Part shown: piece by piece, positions 1 through 9,815 of the stretch
Position numbering within the stretch: position 1 is the first letter of the stretch
How the letters are laid out: each line of letters begins with the position of its first letter
DNA from: Verrucomicrobiota bacterium
GTDB lineage: Bacteria; Verrucomicrobiota; Verrucomicrobiia; Verrucomicrobiales; DEV007
Assembly: GCA_045046875.1 (NCBI GenBank)
Contig: JASFYY010000030.1
Span: 33,525 to 97,524, forward strand
Reading direction: 5' to 3'
Length of the DNA stretch: 64,000 nucleotides
Program-made: the position numbers and the translations under genes
Notes under the pieces: generated by a model
Databases searched by the model: none
Told to the model about the DNA's origin: nothing
What the model saw: the letters and a program-made list of their open reading frames with translations, nothing else

Positions 1-373
1 AATTATCATAGTTAGTCAAAACTGAATTTCAGCTAACCCCCAGCGAGCAAGGAAATTTGTCTCACTCCCGCATCCTGCTTCACCAAGGCTACGGCGAGGC
101 AAGCCGCAAATAACCGCTAAGGAGCAATGGAAAAGACATCAACGGCATCATAAATGTTGCAATCTCACCCTATCGAGCCTTACCTTCATGGTGTGCTGCG
201 CGTGATGCTCACCCTTAATCGTTAATGCAAAAATCAAAATAAATCCTCCTAATCCTATTAGTTTACTTGTTGATTCAATACGATCATCCTGCAATTAGAA
301 TTCACTAAACTTATCGATGTTTTTTACGGATTTAAACTGGCTGAAAAAGGGAGTTCTGAACTAGGATTAGAAA

Positions 374-739
374 ATGTTAGCACAAATTTTTAAGAGCAAA
401 TATTTTCAATTTGATTTTCCCGTGGCGATGATTATGCCTTTGAGCTTAAGCTTAAAAGGAGAATTTGGAATTGGTGTAATATTGTTGGCTCAAATATTTT
501 TTATTTCCCCCAAATTCATTGAACATGAATTTTCTTTTATCGACTCAAAATATATAGAAATATTAAAAATAAAAAAAATAGGTTTTGTGTTCTGCTGGGT
601 GTATTCGGGGGCGCTTATTGTAATGTTTGTTTTTCTCCACAAAAACATCATCTTCTTCCTGAGTATTGCGTCTGTTGGAATTCCTATGCTTTTTAGATTT
701 TTATCGAGGAAGAGAGTCAAAATAGATGACAATCAATAG
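374..739 (+). CDS. Hypothetical AT-rich membrane protein
   Basis: 121-aa ORF with 3-4 hydrophobic segments; much lower GC than the neighbouring genes. Confidence 0.5.
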   Translation: MLAQIFKSKYFQFDFPVAMIMPLSLSLKGEFGIGVILLAQIFFISPKFIEHEFSFIDSKYIEILKIKKIGFVFCWVYSGALIVMFVFLHKNIIFFLSIASVGIPMLFRFLSRKRVKIDDNQ

Positions 740-902
740 CAATCAACGGGACTTACCCGTAGTGTCGAAATGATATATTCTCTCGCAATTAGCTCAATTT
801 GAAAAGGTTTTATAAGTTGTGTCCCATGGCACTGATTCGTTTAGGTCTAGCATGATAGAAACGATGTGAGTAAGAGTTTGGCTTATCTTTGAAAGACATA
901 AA

Positions 903-1181
903 ATGGAAAATGAAATTACTAAACGGCGGACAAAGTGGAAGTATGTTTTTGGAATTTCAGTGTTATTTCAGTGCGGCTTACTGCTTGGATTATATGGCAT
1001 TTATTTAGGAGGCCAGGTTAGCTTATCGGGGCTTACTCCTACTACTTCTGATGAAGGAAAAGAAATGATCAAAGGCGGAATGGATATTGCCTTGCAGTCT
1101 CTGCTAGCAGGTATAACATCCTTCTCAGCAGGAAGTTTCCTTATGATATTATCAAGACATAAGTTAGAGGAAACCAAATAA
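903..1181 (+). CDS. Hypothetical two-TM membrane protein
   Basis: 92-aa ORF with two hydrophobic helices; AT-rich. Confidence 0.55.
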   Translation: MENEITKRRTKWKYVFGISVLFQCGLLLGLYGIYLGGQVSLSGLTPTTSDEGKEMIKGGMDIALQSLLAGITSFSAGSFLMILSRHKLEETK

Positions 1182-1325
1182 ACTAATCCCAATGCGTAGT
1201 TGTTACCACTCGATTTGACACCAAAACCCGCATTGTGTCCTGAAAATACGTCCACACATAACACTTGGTGTAAACCTTCATCCTCTTATTGTAAGATCAT
1301 TGAATGAAATTTAGCAGGAGTATAT

Positions 1326-2240
1326 TTATTTTTTCTTTTCGACCTCGACCGGTTTGGCTTTTAATCCTCCGATGGGGGTTGCATAAACCCCTAAAAGGTT
1401 GCCGACAAAACGCTCCCGCCCATCGGCAGGGTAGTTGAGCAAGCGGTAGCCACCTCTGCCATCATCCATAGCCAGAGTGGATGAGCCTCCGCCATCCAGA
1501 TTGCAGCCTTGCCAGGCGCCAAAACGAATCAGCCACAAAGCGGTATGATACAGATTCGCGCCTTTGCTGCGGAAGAGGCTTCTGCCGTCAATAACCACAA
1601 AAATAAGATAACGGCCGTCTTTTGAAAATCCGGCTGCGGTGCGGGGTTCCTTTTTTTCGTCGGGCTTGCGCGTGGGTTTCCCGTTTTCCAACAGAGTATT
1701 ACCGGCAAAAGCAAATTGCAGGGAGTTGACCGCTTTTGGTGCGCGGTCAACGAAATAAGGACGGTTGTCCTTTGAAACAGCGAGTCCTACGGGTCGGGTA
1801 GCGGACCAGGGCGACACTAATTCCCCCTGCGCCACCGCCAGGCCGGACAAGTCTTTGCCTTCACCTCCAGGACCAAAACAACAGGGATCAAAAAAAGATG
1901 TATTCACCACCAATTGTAATTGGTGTTTTTTTAGGAAATCACCAGCACGGGTAGAAGCCGTTTCTTTTGCTTTAGCCCCATTCGATGGGGTGGCAAAAAA
2001 ATGAACCCCCGACGCTTGCAGGTCAATACGCACCGCAACCGTTTTCTGTAAATCGCGCTCATTCCTCAGACTTCCACGGGAAATCTCTATTCCTTGAAAA
2101 ATAGGCGACCATTCCGGCGCATCAGCACCATCCAAAGTGATCGGCTTTTGCGCATGCAAAGCCGAAGTGAACAATAGAATCAGACTTGTGAGATAATATC
2201 GCATGGGGGAACTGTATATAGGACGTAAGGGGCACCGCAA
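1326..2240 (-). CDS. Phosphodiester glycosidase (NAGPA/DUF2233) family protein
   Basis: Signal peptide; PRTAAG, VIDGR and NLDGGGS motifs. Confidence 0.85.
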   Translation of the reverse strand: MRCPLRPIYSSPMRYYLTSLILLFTSALHAQKPITLDGADAPEWSPIFQGIEISRGSLRNERDLQKTVAVRIDLQASGVHFFATPSNGAKAKETASTRAGDFLKKHQLQLVVNTSFFDPCCFGPGGEGKDLSGLAVAQGELVSPWSATRPVGLAVSKDNRPYFVDRAPKAVNSLQFAFAGNTLLENGKPTRKPDEKKEPRTAAGFSKDGRYLIFVVIDGRSLFRSKGANLYHTALWLIRFGAWQGCNLDGGGSSTLAMDDGRGGYRLLNYPADGRERFVGNLLGVYATPIGGLKAKPVEVEKKK

Positions 2241-2249
2241 AAGTTTTTT

Positions 2250-3131
2250 TTAACGACGGTCGGATACCCTTTTCCCTGGAGCAAGTTTAGATTTGATGAT
2301 ACCTCCACTCGCGGTGCGTTCCCCCTCAGTGAACCAGGTGGCAATGTCCTGTTTGACGGCAAAGGCGCTTCTGTATTGCCCATTCACAGCACTGTCTGAA
2401 ATCACTTTGCCGGCACGGTCGATCAAAACAAGGCTAGGGGTTCCCCTGGGCGCATATTTTTTCACCAACCTCTCTCGATTCGAATCCGAATAACTGATGG
2501 CAGGCCAGGGCATTTTTGATTTAATCATGTAATTTTCCATTTCAGCTTTACTGTTGTCCCGGCTAATAAATACAATCTCAAACTTAGGTTTGGCGAAGTC
2601 AATGTTGAGACGATAGTATTCCCTCAGACGAGGGGTGAACTGGGCACATGCGTGACACCATGATGCGGCAAAATACAAAGCATAATAATCAGGAGCCTTT
2701 TCTGTTTTGTGTTTTTGCACACGCGGGCCATTAACCATCACTAATTTTGAGCTTAAGCTCGAAATAATAGCGATGGCATTGCCCGAAGGAGGTGGCAAAT
2801 TGTCTTTTTTGGGCTCATTTTTCAGGGCCTCTTTTGTTGCTGGCTTTTTCCCCGTGGCCCGGTTGCTCAGATCTGAAAACTTAAGAAAATGTTGGTCGGA
2901 TGGAGAAAACCGGGAAAGGGGAATTTCGTGGAGCTTACCCGTGCGTTTCAAGCGTAAAACTACCGTTTTATTATTACCTGAAGTTTTCATATCTACAAAA
3001 TCCCCCTCGACCCTTACCCCTTGAATAGTTTCAAATACCCGGGCGTAAGATGAGCTGGAAGCTGTCCAGAACAGCAGTTGCAGTAAGAATATTACATTGA
3101 AGATACGAGTCATGCTTATCAACATGAGCAA
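2250..3131 (-). CDS. Exported thioredoxin/nucleoredoxin-like protein with an SHD1-like N-terminal domain
   Basis: YFAASWCHAC CxxC motif, FEIVFISRD, MPWPA; N-terminal IPLSRFSPSDQ motif. Confidence 0.8.
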   Translation of the reverse strand: MLMLISMTRIFNVIFLLQLLFWTASSSSYARVFETIQGVRVEGDFVDMKTSGNNKTVVLRLKRTGKLHEIPLSRFSPSDQHFLKFSDLSNRATGKKPATKEALKNEPKKDNLPPPSGNAIAIISSLSSKLVMVNGPRVQKHKTEKAPDYYALYFAASWCHACAQFTPRLREYYRLNIDFAKPKFEIVFISRDNSKAEMENYMIKSKMPWPAISYSDSNRERLVKKYAPRGTPSLVLIDRAGKVISDSAVNGQYRSAFAVKQDIATWFTEGERTASGGIIKSKLAPGKRVSDRR

Positions 3132-3145
3132 AATTTACCGGCTCG

Positions 3146-3925
3146 TCAAGCTCGATCAAGGTGAACATATCCGCCATCCACATGGATCAACTGCCCGGTG
3201 GTGTGGCTGCTGCGGTTTGATAATAAAAACACGGCGCTATCAGCTATTTCCTGCACTTCGGTCATGCGCTGACCAAGAGGGATGCGTGCCTCTATTTTTT
3301 CCTTGGCCTGAGCAGAATCATCCTGGGCGTTCAACCAATCATCATACATGTCCGTCCAGACTTCGGCGGGCATTATGGAATTAACTCTGATATGGTCTTT
3401 AGCTAAATCCAGTGCCCATTCACGGGTGAGTGCGGCCAGGCCTCCTTTAGCTGCTGCGTATCCAGAAGTGCCGCCTTGTCCGGTGAGAGCAACTTTGGAG
3501 CCCATATTCACAACCGCGCTTCCATGGTTTTTTTTCAAATAAGGCAAGCTGTAATGGAGCAGGGAAAAAGCGTGCACCAAGTTGCTTTCCAAAGAAAGTC
3601 GGAACTCTGCAGGGGAAGCGTCGATGCCCACTCGGTCATTCACCCCGGCATTGTTAACAATGCCGTCAATCCTATCAAAACAGGCGTAGGTGGTATCCAC
3701 CGCTTTGCGAACCAGCTGTTCGTCCGTGATGTCTATTTCGAAATATAGATCGTTTTTATGTTCAATGGCGAGTTCATCCATCAGCTCGCTACAGTCGGCA
3801 AAAGGTTTGCGATCCAGGATCACAGGGATCGCTCCTTCGATGGCGAGGGTTCGCACGATGGCTTCACCGATTCCGCTAGCGCCACCGCTGACGATGATCA
3901 CTTTCCCTTGCAATCCTAAGTCCAT
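3146..3925 (-). CDS. SDR oxidoreductase, L-fucose dehydrogenase-like
   Basis: GGASGIG, NNAG and YAAAK motifs; C-terminal DGGYVHLDRA. Confidence 0.8.
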   Translation of the reverse strand: MDLGLQGKVIIVSGGASGIGEAIVRTLAIEGAIPVILDRKPFADCSELMDELAIEHKNDLYFEIDITDEQLVRKAVDTTYACFDRIDGIVNNAGVNDRVGIDASPAEFRLSLESNLVHAFSLLHYSLPYLKKNHGSAVVNMGSKVALTGQGGTSGYAAAKGGLAALTREWALDLAKDHIRVNSIMPAEVWTDMYDDWLNAQDDSAQAKEKIEARIPLGQRMTEVQEIADSAVFLLSNRSSHTTGQLIHVDGGYVHLDRA

Positions 3926-3951
3926 ATTTCCGAAATTTTTTTACCCTTTGT

Positions 3952-4746
3952 TCAGCTGATACCCAGCACCAGATCCATTCTTTGCACCACTTCTTTTAAG
4001 CGTTTCAGGTCTCCTCCTTGCACCTCCGCAGTTGCCCATCCATGAAAACCAATCTCGTTGAGCGCTTTACGCACATCCGGCCAATCCACATTGCCCTCGG
4101 TTAAATTGCAGTTTTTGCTTTTGGCGTGATCCCTATCTTTGATGTCAATTTTAGAAATACGCGTATTCAAAGCCCGTATCCATACGGCAGCGCCGCCTTC
4201 TTTTTGATCGAAGTTGCCAATATCAAAAAAAGCTCCTACCAGCGGGCTGTTAAATTGATCAATGAATTTTTTCCACAAATCGATGGTTTCAGCAAAACCG
4301 TTTTTGACATTTTCACACTGAATGCGAACGCCCAAACGCCCTGCTGTAGGTAAGGCTTTTTGTATTTGCTCCGTGGAGCGTTGCCACATTTGCTGGTGAT
4401 TTTCCGTTTTGGGGTCCGTCACCTTGCCCACCACCGAAAGCACGGTGGAGGCCCCCACATCACTGGCAAATTCCATCGCCCCGGTTAAATTTTTCAATGC
4501 GGCTTCACGCACCGCGGGGTCAGCGTCTGAGAGTCTAACCTTCCAGTGATCCCATACATTGACATTATGGACAGGGAGCCCCGTTTTATCCTGGGCTGCC
4601 CAGACTTCTTTGGTCGGAAATTGACCCGGACCAAACAAACTGATGCCGTCAAAACCAGCATCGATACTCATCTTGAATTTATCCATCACCGAAAGATCTT
4701 TCGGCTGGATCATGGTCACTTTAACGGCTTTGAGGATTTGTGGCAT
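3952..4746 (-). CDS. Sugar phosphate isomerase/epimerase (xylose isomerase-like TIM barrel)
   Basis: ENV, FDIGN, IKD, GNVDW and ATAEV motifs. Confidence 0.8.
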   Translation of the reverse strand: MPQILKAVKVTMIQPKDLSVMDKFKMSIDAGFDGISLFGPGQFPTKEVWAAQDKTGLPVHNVNVWDHWKVRLSDADPAVREAALKNLTGAMEFASDVGASTVLSVVGKVTDPKTENHQQMWQRSTEQIQKALPTAGRLGVRIQCENVKNGFAETIDLWKKFIDQFNSPLVGAFFDIGNFDQKEGGAAVWIRALNTRISKIDIKDRDHAKSKNCNLTEGNVDWPDVRKALNEIGFHGWATAEVQGGDLKRLKEVVQRMDLVLGIS

Positions 4747-4855
4747 AAAGGGGTGGGGACTGGTATTTTAGCATTTTAAGCTACGCGTTTAAAAATTAAC
4801 CGAGAATTGCGCTGATAGCACGGATAATTTTTTAAATAGCTTTTTAGCCGCACGG

Positions 4856-6022
4856 CTAAGATTGGATTTCCAGATTCAAGGCCCATTTGAGCAAGTTATG
4901 CGAGCTTTTCCAGATGTAAGTACTAGAGCTGCCAATGATCACTACGATGCGATCCTGGCCATCCTTGTGCGCGCTGGAAATCAGGCATTTACCGCTGGCC
5001 CGGGTGTAGCCGGTTTTCATGCCATTGCAGAGGGGAAAATCACGCAATACACGGTTGGTATTAATAAGCGTGCGCTTTTTGCCATTGCTGAAATTAAAAT
5101 CACAGCTTTTGATTTTGACCAAGTCTCGGATCACCGGTTCGTGATAGGCTTCGAAAGCGAGCAGCGCCATGTCGTGCGCGGTGGAATATTGCCTCTTGTC
5201 GGGCAAGCCGTGCGGATTGGTGAAATGGGAATTGGTCATACCCAAGAGCAGCGCAAACTCATTCATTTTAACGCTGAAAGCATCCACACTACCCGCCTGG
5301 TCGATCGCCAGACATTCGGCGATGTCGTTGCCGCTACGAACCAGCAGACCTTTTAATAACTCCCGCCGGGTGTAATGCTGGCCAGGTTTGATGCCAATAA
5401 CGGTGGGCTCGACTTTGGCGATCTCGGGAGTCACCAGAACTTTTTTATCCAAATCTCCATTGCGGATCACCAACAGAGCGGTCAAAAGTTTTTGCGTACT
5501 GGCAACCGGTGTTTTTTTGTCAGCGTTTTTCAAATGATAAAATTGCCCGGTTTTGCCATCGATAATGGCCACGTATTTGCCCTTCACACTCGGCGTTTTG
5601 GGACCATTCCAGGCGTGGGGTGGGGGAAGCTTCTCACGGCGCTTGATATAGTTTTCGCGAGATTCAAGAATGGACTCTCGATCCAGCAGGGCTTTTTCAC
5701 GCTCGCTGATTGCCTTTTCCCGTTCGGCCAGGGCTTTTTCACGCTTGAGAACAGCCTGGGTGCGTGCTGATAAATTATCAGCAATACGCTCCAGCATATC
5801 CTTCTGCTCTTTTTTGGGATCAACAGGATCGTCACTGATAACCACTTGCGCAGATTTGGGTCGTGCAGTCGCCGGCAGATCAATCGGAGCCTTTTTTCCC
5901 GCTGGGGTCGCCGACGCGTTGGTTTGCGCCCAAATACCGGAAGTTTGCAAACAGATCACAACGGAAAGGGCCAGCAACCAGCTGGAAAAAAAACATCGTT
6001 GTGTTGTGTTATTGGAAATCAT
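4856..6022 (-). CDS. D-alanyl-D-alanine carboxypeptidase (peptidase S11) with an N-terminal coiled coil
   Basis: SxxK (STQK), SxN (SGN) and KTG motifs; NPHGL. Confidence 0.9.
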   Translation of the reverse strand: MISNNTTQRCFFSSWLLALSVVICLQTSGIWAQTNASATPAGKKAPIDLPATARPKSAQVVISDDPVDPKKEQKDMLERIADNLSARTQAVLKREKALAEREKAISEREKALLDRESILESRENYIKRREKLPPPHAWNGPKTPSVKGKYVAIIDGKTGQFYHLKNADKKTPVASTQKLLTALLVIRNGDLDKKVLVTPEIAKVEPTVIGIKPGQHYTRRELLKGLLVRSGNDIAECLAIDQAGSVDAFSVKMNEFALLLGMTNSHFTNPHGLPDKRQYSTAHDMALLAFEAYHEPVIRDLVKIKSCDFNFSNGKKRTLINTNRVLRDFPLCNGMKTGYTRASGKCLISSAHKDGQDRIVVIIGSSSTYIWKSSHNLLKWALNLEIQS

Positions 6023-6178
6023 TGATTTGAAAAATCCACCCTTCGAATCTTTTAGGATGAAAGATTACGATGACATCATAGCCTCGGATCAGGCATTCGT
6101 CACCACAAGATATCGGTGCAAAATAAGATCCCGTGATCGTGTATTTGACGATTCATTCGGCGGGTATTCTATTGCAAC

Positions 6179-7780
6179 ATGTCTCGCACATCATATAGCT
6201 ATTTGATTCTGGCGGTTTTTTTTCTGGTTGGTTTTTTCTTACCAGGAATGGTTTTCTCAAAAAACAAACCGCCCAATATTCTCGTTATTCTGACGGATGA
6301 CCATCGCTGGGACGCATTGGGATTTTTGGGACACCCTTTTCTTAAAACTCCCAATCTTGACCGCATCGCAAAGGAGGGCATTCATTTTTCCAATGCTTTT
6401 GTCACCACGTCACTGTGCTCACCCAGCCGCGCATCGATCTTCACAGGGCGTTACGCTCACAACCACCGGGTGGTTGATAATTACAATCCACTGCCAAAAG
6501 GGCTGATCTACTTTCCCCAGTATCTGCAAAAAGCAGGTTACGAAACCGCGTTCATCGGCAAGTGGCATATGGGCGGTGAAGTGGATGATCCGCAGCCTGG
6601 CTTTGATCATTGGATCAGTTTCAAAGGGCAGGGGGTGTATTTTGATGATCCGGAGCAGGCCAAAGTGAAGGGGCGTTATGTGCCGCAGGCGGTCAATGAT
6701 GGTTATAATGTTGATGGCAAACGCAGGCCACAAAAAAAATACATCACTGATGAGCTCACCCGTTTTGCGCTCGATTGGTTGAAAGAGCGACCACCTGGCG
6801 AAGACAATCCGCCGTGGCTGTTATATTTGTCCCATAAAGCCGTGCACGCTGATTTCATCCCCGCCAATCGCCATGCCTTCCAGTATGAAAAACAAGAGTG
6901 GACGGCACCGCAATCGTGGTTTGATAATCCCTCAGCTTTTCGTGATGTGCCTATGTGGGTACAAAATCAGCGCAACAGCAGGCATGGGGTTCAGTTTGCT
7001 TATTATGGCGACCTCGATCTCGCCACTTACTACCGTAGATATTGTGAAACCTTACTGGCGGTGGATGAAACAACAGGAACTCTGATGGATACCTTGCGAC
7101 AACGTGGTGAGCTTGATGATACTGTTATTTTGTATCTCGGTGACAATGGATTTTTATTCGGCGAGCACGGACTGATCGATAAACGTTGCGCTTATGAGGA
7201 TTCGATTCGCATCCCGATGCTGATGCGCGCCCCGATGTTCAGCAAGGGCGGACGCACGATCGAACAAGTGGTCGCCAACATCGACATCGCGCCCACTTTA
7301 CTCGACGTGGCGGGCATCAAAACTCCAGAACAAATGGACGGCCGTAGCTTTTTGCCGCTGGTGAAAGGGGAGCCAAGCGAATGGCGGGATTATCTGTTAT
7401 ACGAATATTACTGGGAGCGGAACTACCCCCAGACCCCGACGATGCACGCGCTGCGTGGGGACCGCTTCAAGTATGTGCGTTATCATGGCATCTGGGATGT
7501 GGATGAACTTTACGATCTCATCGCCGACCCGAAAGAGAGCACCAATCTGATCAATGACCCTGAATACGCTGACACAGTGAAACAACTTAATCACCGCCTG
7601 TTTGAAATTCTTGAAGAGACCGGAGGCAAATCCATGCCGGTATTAAATGATCACGGCACCAAATTCCTCCACCGTAAAAAAGGAGGCACGCCAGCCGCTG
7701 AGTTTCCTAATTGGTTCGAACGTCAGCCGGATTCGCCGCGAGGTAAAAAAACTAAAGACGTAAAAAAAACGGCAAATTAA
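6179..7780 (+). CDS. Sulfatase (S1 family)
   Basis: PNILVILTDD, CSPSR formylglycine motif, GKWH, GDNG. Confidence 0.92.
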   Translation: MSRTSYSYLILAVFFLVGFFLPGMVFSKNKPPNILVILTDDHRWDALGFLGHPFLKTPNLDRIAKEGIHFSNAFVTTSLCSPSRASIFTGRYAHNHRVVDNYNPLPKGLIYFPQYLQKAGYETAFIGKWHMGGEVDDPQPGFDHWISFKGQGVYFDDPEQAKVKGRYVPQAVNDGYNVDGKRRPQKKYITDELTRFALDWLKERPPGEDNPPWLLYLSHKAVHADFIPANRHAFQYEKQEWTAPQSWFDNPSAFRDVPMWVQNQRNSRHGVQFAYYGDLDLATYYRRYCETLLAVDETTGTLMDTLRQRGELDDTVILYLGDNGFLFGEHGLIDKRCAYEDSIRIPMLMRAPMFSKGGRTIEQVVANIDIAPTLLDVAGIKTPEQMDGRSFLPLVKGEPSEWRDYLLYEYYWERNYPQTPTMHALRGDRFKYVRYHGIWDVDELYDLIADPKESTNLINDPEYADTVKQLNHRLFEILEETGGKSMPVLNDHGTKFLHRKKGGTPAAEFPNWFERQPDSPRGKKTKDVKKTAN

Positions 7781-7819
7781 TTCAATCAGGAATTTGCACA
7801 AAACTTTCCAATCGCTTTA

Positions 7820-8545
7820 TCAGACTTCGCAAGCAGGGGAATTCTGGATCGTTTTGTCGTGCTTGATTTTGCCCAATTCCAAACGGTTGATGGTGAAACT
7901 GTATAACTTAAGCGGTACAAAAAACAGGATGAAGAGCGTAATAATAGACAAAAATACTCTCCAATCACCGAATTCTAGGAGGTTACCGTTTTCACTTTCA
8001 AAAAGGTGATCCGACATGAGGCCGTAGTAGTCAAACAGGGCAGCAATCAATACGAACAACTGAAGCGCCATGATAGCAAAGGGCCATCGGCCGATCACAT
8101 TCTTAAAACTATCGACAGAAAGTCCTTCGCGTCGGAGAAAAAACGATACCAGTGACATGTATAGCGGAAGGCCGATCAACATGACAAAAAGCATGCTGAT
8201 TGGAGATTTGAAGTCGGGCATGAAACTGTCAAGAAACAGTGAAACTCGGCCAACCGACATCACCATGGCAAAAAAGGTAAAGATGCCAATCAGTCGTCGA
8301 AAGTTAGCTTCCGTTTTTTTACGCAAAAGCTGATAGCCATAATGAAAAGCCAAAATTCCGGGGCTGAGTTTCAGAATGAAAGAAGAGAACACAGTTAGAT
8401 AACTCCAGAGCCCGTATCTAGGCGAATAATAATCGGAGCTCAATTCCGCTGCCGCTAGAGTCCAAACAGCGCAATACCAAACTCCGAAAATCATCGCCGC
8501 AAGAGCAAGCAGATTGCTGAATTTGATGCCTTTGAGGTATTTCAT
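7820..8545 (-). CDS. Hypothetical polytopic membrane protein
   Basis: 241 aa with about 6 TM helices; overlaps the upstream ORF by 4 nt. Confidence 0.65.
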   Translation of the reverse strand: MKYLKGIKFSNLLALAAMIFGVWYCAVWTLAAAELSSDYYSPRYGLWSYLTVFSSFILKLSPGILAFHYGYQLLRKKTEANFRRLIGIFTFFAMVMSVGRVSLFLDSFMPDFKSPISMLFVMLIGLPLYMSLVSFFLRREGLSVDSFKNVIGRWPFAIMALQLFVLIAALFDYYGLMSDHLFESENGNLLEFGDWRVFLSIITLFILFFVPLKLYSFTINRLELGKIKHDKTIQNSPACEV

Positions 8546-8901
8546 TGCTTCAAGGGAGCTTGAGTGAGAGTCTCGGTTGAATCCGCAAATTTAAGCTCAT
8601 TTTCAGCAAGTGAAAAATCATCACCGCAGTATGGGCATTGATTGATCGAGTGAGCAAGTTCAGGGATTTGCAAATGACCTTCACTGGGCAGCATCGAGAT
8701 GCATTGGTCACAACTTGGGCAGCGATCACGTTTTTCGAACACTCGGAAAATAAATCCAAAACCTATTAAGTAAATGAGGAAAGGGAATCTCTCGTAGTGA
8801 TTGATCAACCACCAGGAGGAGAGAACCACAAAAACAAGCAGGGCAACTTGCCTGAAAGCAATCGTTTTACGCCGAGCATTAATTTTATCACGCGAAGTCA
8901 T
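8542..8901 (-). CDS. Hypothetical membrane protein with a zinc ribbon
   Basis: Two TM helices followed by CPSC...CPYC. Confidence 0.65.
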   Translation of the reverse strand: MTSRDKINARRKTIAFRQVALLVFVVLSSWWLINHYERFPFLIYLIGFGFIFRVFEKRDRCPSCDQCISMLPSEGHLQIPELAHSINQCPYCGDDFSLAENELKFADSTETLTQAPLKQ

Positions 8902-8984
8902 GAGGCCTGCATTTATCTAAGCAAATTTAGCATAGCGAAATATCTAAGGGAGAACCAGCCTTATTCCCTCCCTCCGTATATTCG

Positions 8985-9012
8985 ATTTCACATTACATGT
9001 AGTGTGCGATAC
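8985..9012 (-). other. dif-like XerCD site, left prophage junction (attL)
   Basis: Minus strand GTATCGCACAC-TACATG-TAATGTGAAAT in an 11-6-11 layout; 24/28 identical to the site at 17390-17417. Confidence 0.88.
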
Positions 9013-9026
9013 AAGGAAGTAACATG

Positions 9027-9272
9027 TTAGTTAACAGTATGCAAATCCTTAAGATATGCAAGCCTTGCTGAGCGGTAAAACTTGTATTCTCGCAAGCTTT
9101 TTATTCCATAATAACGCCGCCCAGAACAGCGTATAAACTTTACTTCTCCCTTAACCGCTAATTGGTTAAGACGAGGGCGGCTAACATCAAGCATAGTCAT
9201 AGCAAGCGTAGGCGGAAAAATTCCATCTTGCTCACGTTGAAAGCTAAGAAACCTTGAATGACCACTAGCCAT
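9027..9272 (-). CDS. Phage HTH DNA-binding protein (excisionase/MerR-like winged HTH)
   Basis: LAMTMLDVSRPRLNQLAVKGEV...GRRYY pattern; basic; next to attL. Confidence 0.7.
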   Translation of the reverse strand: MASGHSRFLSFQREQDGIFPPTLAMTMLDVSRPRLNQLAVKGEVKFIRCSGRRYYGIKSLREYKFYRSARLAYLKDLHTVN

Positions 9273-9815
9273 GATGAAGCGTCAGACTAGACGCGGTGAA
9301 CGGAGTTTTAAGAGATAAAACAGCCAATTTTGTTTTATGGAAATTAGAATATAAGGACAAAAAAAATTTCATTTTAATTATTTAATCTTACTAAATTTAA
9401 AGTAAACCGAACTAAAGAGCAAGCGAAAGCGCCCACATGGGCGTTGACTCTGCAAATTAAGAAGGGGTTTGCCACCCCAAACCCCGCTAAACTGATGCAG
9501 TTTAATCCAATATTGCCTGCCGGCGGCTTACCCCCTCCGCCCCCTAAAGGGGGAACGGGAGAAGTCGTTTAAGAGATAAAAACTAAATTCCATTCCAGCA
9601 ATATTCATAACAACCTTAAAATAAGACAGTTAAAAGGCCATTGAAAAACAGTTTCCCAGGCAAAAGACAATATCCAAAAAACAAAAGCTTAAGGATGGTT
9701 GCCAAGACGACGAAAAGACAAAAGGAAGCCTAGGGCGGCAACCCTTTCTAATTTTTTATTAGTGCTTCGCAGAAAAAAAGGACATTCATTTTTAATAAGT
9801 TCCAAATAATCGCGC
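9273..9815. promoter_or_regulatory. Phage intergenic region with clustered hairpins (candidate packaging signal or complementary-strand origin)
   Basis: Inverted repeats at 9430-9443, 9464-9485, 9488-9504 and 9540-9553; lies downstream of the gene IV analogue, as the Ff intergenic region does. Confidence 0.55.
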
